Positions 55,723-64,000 of a DNA stretch of 64,000 nt are shown here, in pieces (position 1 is the first letter of the stretch; each line of letters starts with the position of its first letter). Under the pieces are notes generated by a model. The model had not been told where the DNA came from, did no database searches, and saw only the letters and a list, made by a program, of their open reading frames with translations. The DNA is taken from IMG/VR virus record IMGVR_UViG_3300010397_000006, positions 7,471 to 71,470 of that record. The stretch is one strand, 5' to 3'. A program made the position numbers and the translations under genes. This DNA comes from a virus.

Positions 55723-58068
55723 TCATTTATCGCCCTCATACTTTATATCCGTGACTGTGTGGTCGATGTTTTGATTAATGTCTCTAACCACGCGCTGAAC
55801 TTCCTGCGTCGGTTTGGGAATGTTCACTTCGGCGGGTTGGACAGTAATGTCATTCTTCACTTCCACCGGAGTTGGGTTTACGTTCACACTCACTTGGGGG
55901 GCAGGTTGAGTAGGTACGCTGACGTTTACGACAGGTGAGTCAACTGTCACTTTCGTCTCACGCTCTGGGATACTGACGTTTACGACAGGGGCTTCCTGCG
56001 GTTCGACATTGACGTTTACGACAGGGGCAGGCTGTTCAGGGAAATTTACCGTCACATCAGGGGGGTAAACACTGACAGGTTGAGGACTGACGCTCACTGA
56101 CCTCTCAGGGACGGAGACGTTAATCGGGGGCATCGTGATTTGAGGAGCCTCGACTGTGATGGAGTTTTGGGGCTTTTGAATGGCAGTCCTGAAACGGATG
56201 GTCTCAGGAAGTTCCAAATGGTTATTCTTCACTTCCTCGAAAATCTCCGCCAATTCCATTCCTACGAAAGTAGAGACGTAGTTGGACAAAGATTTCTCAA
56301 TCTTCCCCTGCACGTTCTCCACCACATCCCCCGCGAACAGGGACTCGGAGTTTACCAACGTGTAGACGATGGCTTTGCCAAGGAAGGCGGGGAACTCCTG
56401 TTCGCATTTCTCTTTCAAGGTCTCTACGTGTTTCTCGATGTCTACAGCGTGTAATCCTTCGGAAACAAGCAATTCTTCGAGTTCACTTCCCAACCCGTCC
56501 AACTGGAATTGCCCGACGCTCCGCACCATGAGAGTCAGGGCGTCACTCAGTCCCAGTTGGTCGTCCTCAGAAAACACCGTGTTTAGTATGAGGGACTTCA
56601 TCGGCTCGTAGTCATCCTCCCCGGCGTCAAAGATGGACTCGCGAATGTTGGGGGCAAGGACAGAGACCACGCGCTCCACCGCGAGCTTCAAGTCAGTGGG
56701 CTGGTAGGTGAAGGACTTCTTCACTTCCCCGTCCCCACCGAGGGAAGGAGGCTGAGGGGAGCCAACGCTTCCGGGTCTCTCCGGCGGTTTCTTTCCGAAT
56801 GGTTGTGCCTGAACTACTGGTTTCTTGGCTTCGGCAGGAGGTTTCTCAGGCATGGAAATCGTAAAGAGACCGTCTTGGATGGCTTGGAGTCTTGCTTCCT
56901 CAGGTGAAATTGCCTCCATCTCGCGGTACTGGTTCATGGCAGTTGCATTAGCAAGCCGCGCTCGTCCGAGCATGGAGAGTCTTTCTCCATCCGTGTCAAT
57001 GAAATCGAATTGAAGGTTGGGGGGCAGGAAACTTTCGATGAAGTATTTGACCTTCGCTTTGACCCTTGCCTTGCCAGTCCGGTTCGTCTTCTGTTCTCCC
57101 CGGATGGAGCCAGCCAGCGTTTCCCCGGACGAGGAGGCGGATGCTACTCCGATGTCTCCTAAGTTCATTCCGTACCCCGCGCACACTAAACTTGCGTACT
57201 TGAGGGTGATGCGGTCATACATGATGTCGTTGGGGGCTTTGCCAAGAGAGATAAATTCGACTTTACCAGTGTGTTCCGCGAGGACTGGAATCTTGAAGGC
57301 GTCGGCAGAACCAACACCAGTCACGGCAGAACGGAAACTCTTGATCCATGTATTCGCGTCCTCCCAAGTAATGTCGCCCAAGTCAAAGACTCCGGCAGGT
57401 GGGATGTCTAAGAGCAGGTTGGCGTAGTAGGTATCGCCTCGAATGAGCATTTCCATTGCAAGGAATATTCGTTCAGGAGGAGCAACGCCCCACCCCTTGC
57501 GCTCGATTTCCGGGCGGGGGTTCATATACATTCTGGCGATGGCGTGTTTTGGAAAAACGGCTTGCAGACCGTTGTAGTATTGAAGAACGGGGAAGTCTTT
57601 GTTATTGGTTGGATAGCACGTTCCCCCGTCCATCGGTTCGAGCCACATCACGCGCCCGTCGGGAGAGTCGCCTTTTCTGCCGACTTCCCAAGCGGAACCA
57701 AAGGGAAGGTCGAGTAAATCTTCGATTGACCATTCCAAAAATCCAACCCAGTCCAAACCAGACTCTCCACCGCGCCGCAGGAGTTTTTCGTACCAATCAA
57801 TAGTGCCTTTCAGTTCGTCGCGCTGGTCGGACTTGCGGGGAGTGATTTTCCAATCCAGATCGGAGATGTTGGATGTCATCGTCTCTTTGCAGGTCACGGC
57901 AATCGGCTGACGCCTCACCCAGTATCGCCACTGGTCAGGAGTAAGTGTCGAGGGTTGTGACCATGTAGGGATAATCCTCGCGAAGTAGGCTTCCGAGATG
58001 GGAATACTCCGCTGACCCGACTCTTTGGAGGGGACAGGGAGGTTTGCGACATTTGCGATTTCAGCCAT
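55723..58068 (-). CDS. portal protein with long C-terminal extension
   Basis: follows terminase; DLLDLPFGSAWE, LEPMDGGT, WGVAPPE, ISPEEAR; C-terminal PVVNV repeats. Confidence 0.8.
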   Translation of the reverse strand: MAEIANVANLPVPSKESGQRSIPISEAYFARIIPTWSQPSTLTPDQWRYWVRRQPIAVTCKETMTSNISDLDWKITPRKSDQRDELKGTIDWYEKLLRRGGESGLDWVGFLEWSIEDLLDLPFGSAWEVGRKGDSPDGRVMWLEPMDGGTCYPTNNKDFPVLQYYNGLQAVFPKHAIARMYMNPRPEIERKGWGVAPPERIFLAMEMLIRGDTYYANLLLDIPPAGVFDLGDITWEDANTWIKSFRSAVTGVGSADAFKIPVLAEHTGKVEFISLGKAPNDIMYDRITLKYASLVCAGYGMNLGDIGVASASSSGETLAGSIRGEQKTNRTGKARVKAKVKYFIESFLPPNLQFDFIDTDGERLSMLGRARLANATAMNQYREMEAISPEEARLQAIQDGLFTISMPEKPPAEAKKPVVQAQPFGKKPPERPGSVGSPQPPSLGGDGEVKKSFTYQPTDLKLAVERVVSVLAPNIRESIFDAGEDDYEPMKSLILNTVFSEDDQLGLSDALTLMVRSVGQFQLDGLGSELEELLVSEGLHAVDIEKHVETLKEKCEQEFPAFLGKAIVYTLVNSESLFAGDVVENVQGKIEKSLSNYVSTFVGMELAEIFEEVKNNHLELPETIRFRTAIQKPQNSITVEAPQITMPPINVSVPERSVSVSPQPVSVYPPDVTVNFPEQPAPVVNVNVEPQEAPVVNVSIPERETKVTVDSPVVNVSVPTQPAPQVSVNVNPTPVEVKNDITVQPAEVNIPKPTQEVQRVVRDINQNIDHTVTDIKYEGDK

Positions 58069-58106
58069 ACTTCTCCTAAAATTCTTGACGCACTCAAAAA
58101 AATTTG

Positions 58107-58361
58107 TTAGTTACTTCCGCCAACGACTTTGTTGTCGTTTTTCGGCAATCCGTACAATTGATAGTCGGCTACTGTTTTGCCGTTTTCATTCATCACGAAT
58201 ATCTTGCCTTCCGTGAAGGTTTCAGCAGGTTCGTCCCTGTACCAAACAAACAAGGACGCATCCCTATCTGTGTCCATACTTGGAGGGTTGAAAGCGACGG
58301 TTCTGACCTCAGACTTCACGAACTCACTACCATCTTTTGAAATTAATTTTATTGTCAACAT
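58107..58361 (-). CDS. hypothetical protein
   Basis: AGGAG SD; IFVMNENGKTVA. Confidence 0.55.
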   Translation of the reverse strand: MLTIKLISKDGSEFVKSEVRTVAFNPPSMDTDRDASLFVWYRDEPAETFTEGKIFVMNENGKTVADYQLYGLPKNDNKVVGGSN

Positions 58362-58404
58362 TTTTATACACTCCTATTGCTTCTGCTTCTTGAGTGCGTC
58401 AAGA

Positions 58405-59970
58405 CTAAATCATTACGAAGGGCATCTTAGCCCAACGCTTCGCGGGGTTCAAAACGAACATTCCAGACGTGACCGACGTGACTTTATCATCATGTGTAAT
58501 TTGCGTGAACCCGTCCACTTGGGCAAGGAACCCATCGTTCCATGAACTTTTGTAGAGCCACATGCGTCCCTCTGCCGCCGTCCCGAACCAGTGAGTGTTC
58601 GCCGCCAGCACTCTATCTCCAACTTTCCTCACATCGACCTCTGATACTTTGTGAGCGTGAAGTTCGGGGTTGCGCTCGTCCTTGAAAGCCGCCGAGACTG
58701 CCGCCACCTGATTCTTGCCTGCCCCGCCGGGGTCTTGGTCAACGAAGACTTCGACGTAAGGAGAGTCGTGGACGGCAGTGTTCTTGATGACGGTCAGCAG
58801 TTTCTCCCACTCCCAGAACCCTGAGATTTGATGCTCAAGGAGGAAGTGCGGCATCTTCTCCTGTCCCTGAGCAATCAGGTTTCCGTAGAGGGCAAACCAG
58901 TCGGGGTTGTCGGCGGGAATGAACTTGATGAGAAGCGAACCAACCGACTCATCCGGGTCATCCTTCGCGGTCTTCTTTTCAGAAGCGGCAGTGTCCCACG
59001 AACGGATTTTCTTGATGATGTTCCGAGGCAACGAGGTGACGATGCGGTTATCGAACCACTTCCTGTCACCGATCTTGCCGCCCTCATTGGCGAACTCACC
59101 GTCCACTTCCTGAGCGCGGAGGTATCCTGACGGATAGGCGGTCAGGATGGAAGCGTAGAAGGTCGGGTCGAGATGACTCTTGTTGTCTTCAATCGTTCCG
59201 TGAAACGCTTCTACTAAAATTGTACCTTTTGCCGAACTTTCTTCAAACGCGGCTTTCGCCTCCTCAGGGATGTCCATCTTGACGAAGAACTTATACATCC
59301 AGTGTTCGATAGGCTTTGGAGTAGCCGTCGCCCACGACTGGGGGTTGTTGCCGACACGGACGGACGCACAGGCAATTCGCCAGCCCAAGCCCGTCGGGTC
59401 ACGCCCCGCTTCGTCGTACCACAGGAAATTCACCGATGCACCGCGCGCGGAGTCGGGGTTCTTCAAGCCCTTGCAGTAGAGTTTGGCTCCGTTGTTGAAG
59501 GCGATGACGAAGGGCTGGTGAGGCTCCCATGAGTCTCGCCCTCTGTACTTGTGGGCAACGATGACCTGATTCCAGGGAATCCAAAGTTTGAGTTCCTGCC
59601 AGGTGGAATATTTAAAGTTTTCAAAATCTGGGTTGATTACTACACCGCTTTCCCCCTGCTGGATTTTCCTGAGTGCCTTCTGCGCGCCTGCACCCGTTTT
59701 TCCGCTTCCTCTGGAACCGTAGAAAAGAGCGTAACGGGCAGTTGAGTCGATGAAGCCTTTCTGGGGTTCGGAGGGTTCGTAGTGCTTCCCGTCCTTGCGG
59801 ACGAAGTACCCGTTCTTGTCTACCGGAAACTGGATGTCCTTCTTTTCCTCCGCCAGTTTGCGGATGTCCTCGGGTAAACTTATGTTTCTTGCTTTTAGTT
59901 CGTTGATAGCGAGTAAAAGTTTTTGTTGCTCTATCTCGCTTAGAGGCTTACGTGTTACTAGGTTGGGCAA
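58405..59970 (-). CDS. terL: terminase large subunit
   Basis: Walker A GSRGSGKT, Walker B WYDEAG, ATATP, SWDTA, HDDKV. Confidence 0.92.
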   Translation of the reverse strand: MPNLVTRKPLSEIEQQKLLLAINELKARNISLPEDIRKLAEEKKDIQFPVDKNGYFVRKDGKHYEPSEPQKGFIDSTARYALFYGSRGSGKTGAGAQKALRKIQQGESGVVINPDFENFKYSTWQELKLWIPWNQVIVAHKYRGRDSWEPHQPFVIAFNNGAKLYCKGLKNPDSARGASVNFLWYDEAGRDPTGLGWRIACASVRVGNNPQSWATATPKPIEHWMYKFFVKMDIPEEAKAAFEESSAKGTILVEAFHGTIEDNKSHLDPTFYASILTAYPSGYLRAQEVDGEFANEGGKIGDRKWFDNRIVTSLPRNIIKKIRSWDTAASEKKTAKDDPDESVGSLLIKFIPADNPDWFALYGNLIAQGQEKMPHFLLEHQISGFWEWEKLLTVIKNTAVHDSPYVEVFVDQDPGGAGKNQVAAVSAAFKDERNPELHAHKVSEVDVRKVGDRVLAANTHWFGTAAEGRMWLYKSSWNDGFLAQVDGFTQITHDDKVTSVTSGMFVLNPAKRWAKMPFVMI

Positions 59971-60285
59971 TTACTCTTTCGATACAGGATAAGTCCAAAA
60001 TTCGATTTGAATAAAACTTTGCGACAAATTCACAGAGTCGGGTGCTTTTCCAGAACAAGCCCAAAACGTCGAAACGTAAAATCCTCTGTATCCGTGAAAA
60101 CCGAGAATATCCATAATCTTTACTTCATCTTCTTCGTGGTTTTCAAAATAGCACCGAACTGTAGGAAACTTGAAAGCATGACCTTCTCCACCCTCGCAAG
60201 ACGTAAAGGTCTCTATTCCGTTTTCTCTCAATAGTTTCACTACGTCCACTATTCCTTTATCCATCTCTTTGTAAATATCTTCCAT
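59971..60285 (-). CDS. hypothetical protein
   Basis: DKGIVDVV..L...GIETFTSCEG motif. Confidence 0.6.
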   Translation of the reverse strand: MEDIYKEMDKGIVDVVKLLRENGIETFTSCEGGEGHAFKFPTVRCYFENHEEDEVKIMDILGFHGYRGFYVSTFWACSGKAPDSVNLSQSFIQIEFWTYPVSKE

Positions 60286-60287
60286 TT

Positions 60288-60476
60288 TTACTCTCTTATT
60301 CTTGTACCGAATTTAGAGCGATGTCCAACATGCCAAAATTTACAATGAGGACAAAGATATGTGTTCATGTCGAATATGTTTGAATTAGGGTCATGAGACC
60401 AGATAACCATCATTGCCTTTTTTGCATCTTTCTCATTCTTGAATTTTGTTTTTCCGCTCTTGGTGCATTTCTTCAT
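60288..60476 (-). CDS. small Zn-finger protein
   Basis: C..SGK, YLCPHCKFWH. Confidence 0.65.
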   Translation of the reverse strand: MKKCTKSGKTKFKNEKDAKKAMMVIWSHDPNSNIFDMNTYLCPHCKFWHVGHRSKFGTRIRE

Positions 60477-60479
60477 TTT

Positions 60480-61004
60480 TCATTCTTCCTTCGTCTCCGC
60501 GTCCACAACATCCTCTGTGGCGGAACTGCGCTCCATGAGTTCCCGAATGGTCTCCATAAGGTTCTCGGAGGACGAGTTCTTGACGGCAGTAATAAACTCC
60601 TTCGCCCCCCTCGTCTTGCGTTCTTCCTCCTGCGCCCACTTGATTGCCTGCACCGCAGACGCGCTTGAGTCGAAACCATGTTCCCTGATGTGATCTAGGG
60701 CTTTGAGGGCGACTTCGCGGGCGGCGTCGGCGTGGATGTCCCACATCTCGACGGTTTTATCTACCAGTTTGATTTCCATCTTTGCGGAGGCTTTGGCAAG
60801 CAGAGCATCCCCCCTGTCGTGCCATGCGTATTCACCAGACCAGTCCCTAAGTTGGTCGTAGGAGGGGATTCTGCCGTGTTCATCCTTGACCCCCTTTTCG
60901 GTCAAGTGTTCCAGTAGTTTGTTAATCGAAGGTCTTCCAGCCGAGTACCATACGTTAAAAAGGTTTTCGATGTACCTTTCCGAATAGGCGGTAAATTGCG
61001 ACAT
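60480..61004 (-). CDS. putative terminase small subunit
   Basis: HTH-like N-terminus (LRDWSGEYAWHDR), helical; upstream of terL. Confidence 0.6.
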   Translation of the reverse strand: MSQFTAYSERYIENLFNVWYSAGRPSINKLLEHLTEKGVKDEHGRIPSYDQLRDWSGEYAWHDRGDALLAKASAKMEIKLVDKTVEMWDIHADAAREVALKALDHIREHGFDSSASAVQAIKWAQEEERKTRGAKEFITAVKNSSSENLMETIRELMERSSATEDVVDAETKEE

Positions 61005-61210
61005 TATAACGAGACTTCGATGAACCTCTTTATTCTTTCGATTTCAAGTTCGATGCCCTTGTCGGCATCCGTGTATTCTTTGAAGAACTGCGTTTCCCCG
61101 ACCCTGTAGACAAATTGAATCCCATCTCCGATGAAATTGTATTCATCGAGAGGAGTACCGAATTTCCTTGCGAGTTTGGTGAGGGTGGGGATTTTGTCTA
61201 AGTTATTCAT
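61004..61210 (-). CDS. hypothetical protein (paralogue of 61203-61442)
   Basis: LARKFGTPL...GIQFVY vs LARRVGMPL...GVQFTF. Confidence 0.55.
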   Translation of the reverse strand: MNNLDKIPTLTKLARKFGTPLDEYNFIGDGIQFVYRVGETQFFKEYTDADKGIELEIERIKRFIEVSL

Positions 61211-61442
61211 CTGGAAACACCGTGTTTTCTTTTGGTTCTCGGAATTCTTTCGGAAGCATTTCTTCTAACCAATGGACAACCTTGTCCACTCCTTCGTCTG
61301 CTTCTGGAAAGGACATTGGAACGTCATTCTCCACAACAAAGGTGAATTGAACTCCTCCGTCCTTAAAATCAATGGACTTGAGAGGCATACCGACTCTGCG
61401 CGCCAACCTGCTAATCTTACGCAGGTTTTTCATGTAATTCAT
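61203..61442 (-). CDS. hypothetical protein
   Basis: TAATG coupling. Confidence 0.55.
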   Translation of the reverse strand: MNYMKNLRKISRLARRVGMPLKSIDFKDGGVQFTFVVENDVPMSFPEADEGVDKVVHWLEEMLPKEFREPKENTVFPDE

Positions 61443-61993
61443 TATACAATCACCTTTCCGATTCTTCCAATGTCTTTTACGTTCACGGTGACCGGGATGG
61501 TCTCGCGCCCGTTCGCTTCCGGGTAAACCCTATCGGGGATGAAATAATAACCTGAGACCTGTTCACTTTCGATCTTGTCCACAATTAGGAACATTTGGAA
61601 TAGAGGGTGGTTCTGTCTCACAATTTGAACCACGTCTCCGCAGTTTATCCGGTAGTCGTAAGGCAGACCGTACTTGGCGCAGAAGCGTTCCATGTTTCCT
61701 CTGCCGGAGACGTTGGGGCTTGAGGCTTGTTTTCTGACTTCTAAGAGAAAAGATTTGAAGTCTGGTTGTTCTTCGTCGGGGAATTTCTCGTAGAACCACT
61801 CTTTCCACATGGAATAGGCTTCTTCGGGGTTCTCAAAAGCCCACCGCCACATCGCGTTCCGCATCCCCATCTGGGAGGCTTGCCCGTAGAGTTCCTTTGC
61901 GAAGGCTTTTAGGCGGTTATTGGAGCCAGCCTTCCCCCACCCTGTCCACGCTTCAAATAAGACCTTGCCGTCGTATATTTTTTTTCGTCCCAT
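61442..61993 (-). CDS. hypothetical protein
   Basis: 183 aa, coupled. Confidence 0.6.
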   Translation of the reverse strand: MGRKKIYDGKVLFEAWTGWGKAGSNNRLKAFAKELYGQASQMGMRNAMWRWAFENPEEAYSMWKEWFYEKFPDEEQPDFKSFLLEVRKQASSPNVSGRGNMERFCAKYGLPYDYRINCGDVVQIVRQNHPLFQMFLIVDKIESEQVSGYYFIPDRVYPEANGRETIPVTVNVKDIGRIGKVIV

Positions 61994-61995
61994 AT

Positions 61996-62499
61996 CTATC
62001 CTTCGATTACATCTTCGTCATCGAGTGGAGTTCCGGCAGTCAGGAGATTGCCTTCCAGTCTTGGTTTTACCAATGCTCCAACAGTGGTTGTGTGTCCGTC
62101 AATTACCCACTCGAAATGTGAGAGGAAAACGTCCTCGAATGAGAATAAACCGTATTCAACTGCCTCGAACTGGGATTTCAACCAGTAATGCAAGGCGCGA
62201 TAAGTTGCCTTTGTGTTCTGCTCCTGCTTGTCCGCAGAAGTCTTGCCGTAGACCATCTTCCCGCGCGCGTAGCGAACGACACGCTTTCGGGTGGATTCTA
62301 CGGGCTTAGGGACAGTCATCGTGACACTCACCGTCCGAAGTTGCTTGTTCACTTCTTTGGCAAAGCGAACATTGATTTGGTGGGTATTGAAATCTTCGTA
62401 AAACTGCACTCCCCGCGCGCCGAAATCTATCAGGAGTTTTCGGATTGCTTCTTGGGAGCGGGCGACGGGGACTTGAGTTGTCTTGTAGGCGTTAGTCAT
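61996..62499 (-). CDS. hypothetical phage protein
   Basis: GAGG SD; YKTTQVPVARSQEAIRKLL...FEDVFL. Confidence 0.65.
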   Translation of the reverse strand: MTNAYKTTQVPVARSQEAIRKLLIDFGARGVQFYEDFNTHQINVRFAKEVNKQLRTVSVTMTVPKPVESTRKRVVRYARGKMVYGKTSADKQEQNTKATYRALHYWLKSQFEAVEYGLFSFEDVFLSHFEWVIDGHTTTVGALVKPRLEGNLLTAGTPLDDEDVIEG

Positions 62500-62607
62500 T
62501 TTTCCTCTTTTTTCTTATTGTTTTTCATCCTAACACGAATATACGAATGAAACAAGTAAAAATTGATTAGAGATTAATTAGAGTTGCCAAATTAAGTGCC
62601 AGATTAA

Positions 62608-62635
62608 TTGACAAAACACCGTGTTTATGTATAAT
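62608..62635 (+). promoter_or_regulatory. consensus sigma70 promoter with the palindromic operator in its spacer
   Basis: TTGACA(62608-13)-16 bp-TATAAT(62630-35); AAAACACCGTGTTTA at 62613-62627; at the strand-divergence point. Confidence 0.85.
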
Positions 62636-62671
62636 ACGTACAAACACACGCACACAATAAATAGGAGTAAA

Positions 62672-62890
62672 ATGGACATGGATAAACCGCTTTCACAAAT
62701 GGAATCAAAGTTAGTATCGGACTGGCTGAGACGGGAGAAAAAGTTTCCCGTAAGCAACGCGTCAATGTTTTGGCGGAAACGACCCTCTCTTGCCGCAGAG
62801 TGGCTTCGGACAGGCTTCAAAGTTCCTGTAACTGCCGAAGACATTATCAAGGCGGCAGGTCGGGAAGAAGCGGCAGGAGAAGGATTATGA
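62672..62890 (+). CDS. small hypothetical protein, first gene after the operator-containing promoter
   Basis: AGGAG SD. Confidence 0.6.
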   Translation: MDMDKPLSQMESKLVSDWLRREKKFPVSNASMFWRKRPSLAAEWLRTGFKVPVTAEDIIKAAGREEAAGEGL

Positions 62891-62986
62891 AAATTCTCCT
62901 GATTATCGGTCTGGTTATGGGTGCAATTGCACACGTAATCAATATTTACACAACCCTAAAAAATGCAAACGAAAGGAAGGATGACC

Positions 62987-63766
62987 ATGAATCGTAATCT
63001 TCAACGGGGCGGACAGCCCAAAATGACAGCCAAGAAAATGATTGGAAATATCGTTGAAGTCGCTCTTGCGGCGGCTGTTCTCACGTACCTCGGATATAAT
63101 TCCTTGCACACGTTCACGTTCACCGCGCCAAAGGGTCAGGAGTTCCTTGCCTACCTGGGCTTCGGACTCACTGGCGGCGGGCTTGTTGCTTATTTGTTCA
63201 TTTTCCTGTGGCGCGCCGACACCATGATTAAGCGAGTGACATCCTTCCTGATGATGCTCGTCTGCGGTATCGGAGAAGTCGGAACTGCTGTGTTCGGGAT
63301 GTACCTGGACACATGGGACAGGGCGGGATTCCAACTTACGCAACAAGATTATCGGACAGTTCTTTTCTTCATCGGCGGTCTCGCTCTCCTTCACTTCCTC
63401 GCTTTTATCGCCCTGAAAGCAGGAGACCAAATCCGCGACCTGTTCAGGGATGACGATGGCGATGGAGTCATTAACGCAATTGACCCCGACTACGCTCCTC
63501 GCCAAAATCCCCAGTCACAACCTCGCCAACTTCCAACGCCTCAACCTGTAAGTCAACAGCCCGTCCCTCAGCACTCTCTCGATGAGTTCCTGCAAGTCAG
63601 TGGACTGACGAAGGAACAGGCAAAGGCGCGATTCCACGATCAGGACTCTTTCTCCCAGTTCGCCAGCGGGAAGTTTTCCTACATCTCCAATGGTAATATG
63701 AGACGCATGTACGGAGAACTGATGGGCGCGAACGGGGCAAACCCTCGGGTGGGGCAACGCCACTAG
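62987..63766 (+). CDS. multi-pass membrane protein with DxDxDG Ca-binding-like motif
   Basis: 4 TM segments, DDDGDGVINAID, P/Q-rich linker. Confidence 0.65.
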   Translation: MNRNLQRGGQPKMTAKKMIGNIVEVALAAAVLTYLGYNSLHTFTFTAPKGQEFLAYLGFGLTGGGLVAYLFIFLWRADTMIKRVTSFLMMLVCGIGEVGTAVFGMYLDTWDRAGFQLTQQDYRTVLFFIGGLALLHFLAFIALKAGDQIRDLFRDDDGDGVINAIDPDYAPRQNPQSQPRQLPTPQPVSQQPVPQHSLDEFLQVSGLTKEQAKARFHDQDSFSQFASGKFSYISNGNMRRMYGELMGANGANPRVGQRH

Positions 63767-64000
63767 CGGAAGTTGCCCCTGTTATTACTGAATCTGTAGC
63801 AGTATCGGTTTTAGAAGAACTAGATTCGATACTGGAAACCGATACCGCTACAGACATTTCAGAAGGCAGACGTATATCGTTCTTTGAAGGAAAGCGCAAA
63901 GGTAAAGATGGAACCTATCGAAAAACAGGACACCACTACTGGCAATGGGACTACAAAGACCCCGATACTGGAAAGCGAAAGCGACCATACGGAGGAACAA

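Noticed and set aside
58405-59970. Intein in terminase or helicase
   Set aside because: Lengths are normal and no C...HN splicing motifs were seen.
1826-62627. CRISPR array from the repeated 15-mer
   Set aside because: Copies are kilobases apart with no regular spacers, and no cas genes are present.
1-64000. Stop-codon reassignment
   Set aside because: Code 11 gives dense, full-length genes, and TAA, TAG and TGA all end genes.

Overview
This window is most of the genome of a tailed dsDNA phage (siphovirus-like, genetic code 11; host not determinable from sequence). Positions 1-15.4 kb (+) carry small early genes and a replication module: a beta-clamp-like domain, DEDDh exonuclease, putative initiator, DnaB-like helicase, DnaG-like primase and NinG. 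Positions 15.5-62.5 kb (-) carry the late region: terminase, portal, prohead protease, major capsid, a ~12 kb glycosyltransferase/NDP-sugar cluster, head-tail and tail genes, tape measure, tail fibre and lysis genes. Transcription diverges again at ~62.6 kb. No integrase, DNA polymerase, reverse transcriptase or CRISPR array was seen. Most notable observations: (1) an uncharacterised coiled-coil protein gene followed by a circularly permuted tRNA-mimic ncRNA (YrlA-like topology, compensatory A19-U56 elbow pair) with no Ro60 gene in the window; (2) a 15-bp palindrome, AAAACAC-N-GTGTTTT, present 15 times, inside genes and between the -35 and -10 of a consensus promoter; (3) a sugar-synthesis/glycosyltransferase cluster among virion genes whose products are rich in [S/T]G[S/T]; (4) a ~350-nt densely structured intergenic region before the replication genes; (5) a probable ATA start codon for the tape measure gene. 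All calls come from reading the sequence and motifs by eye; no database searches were run.
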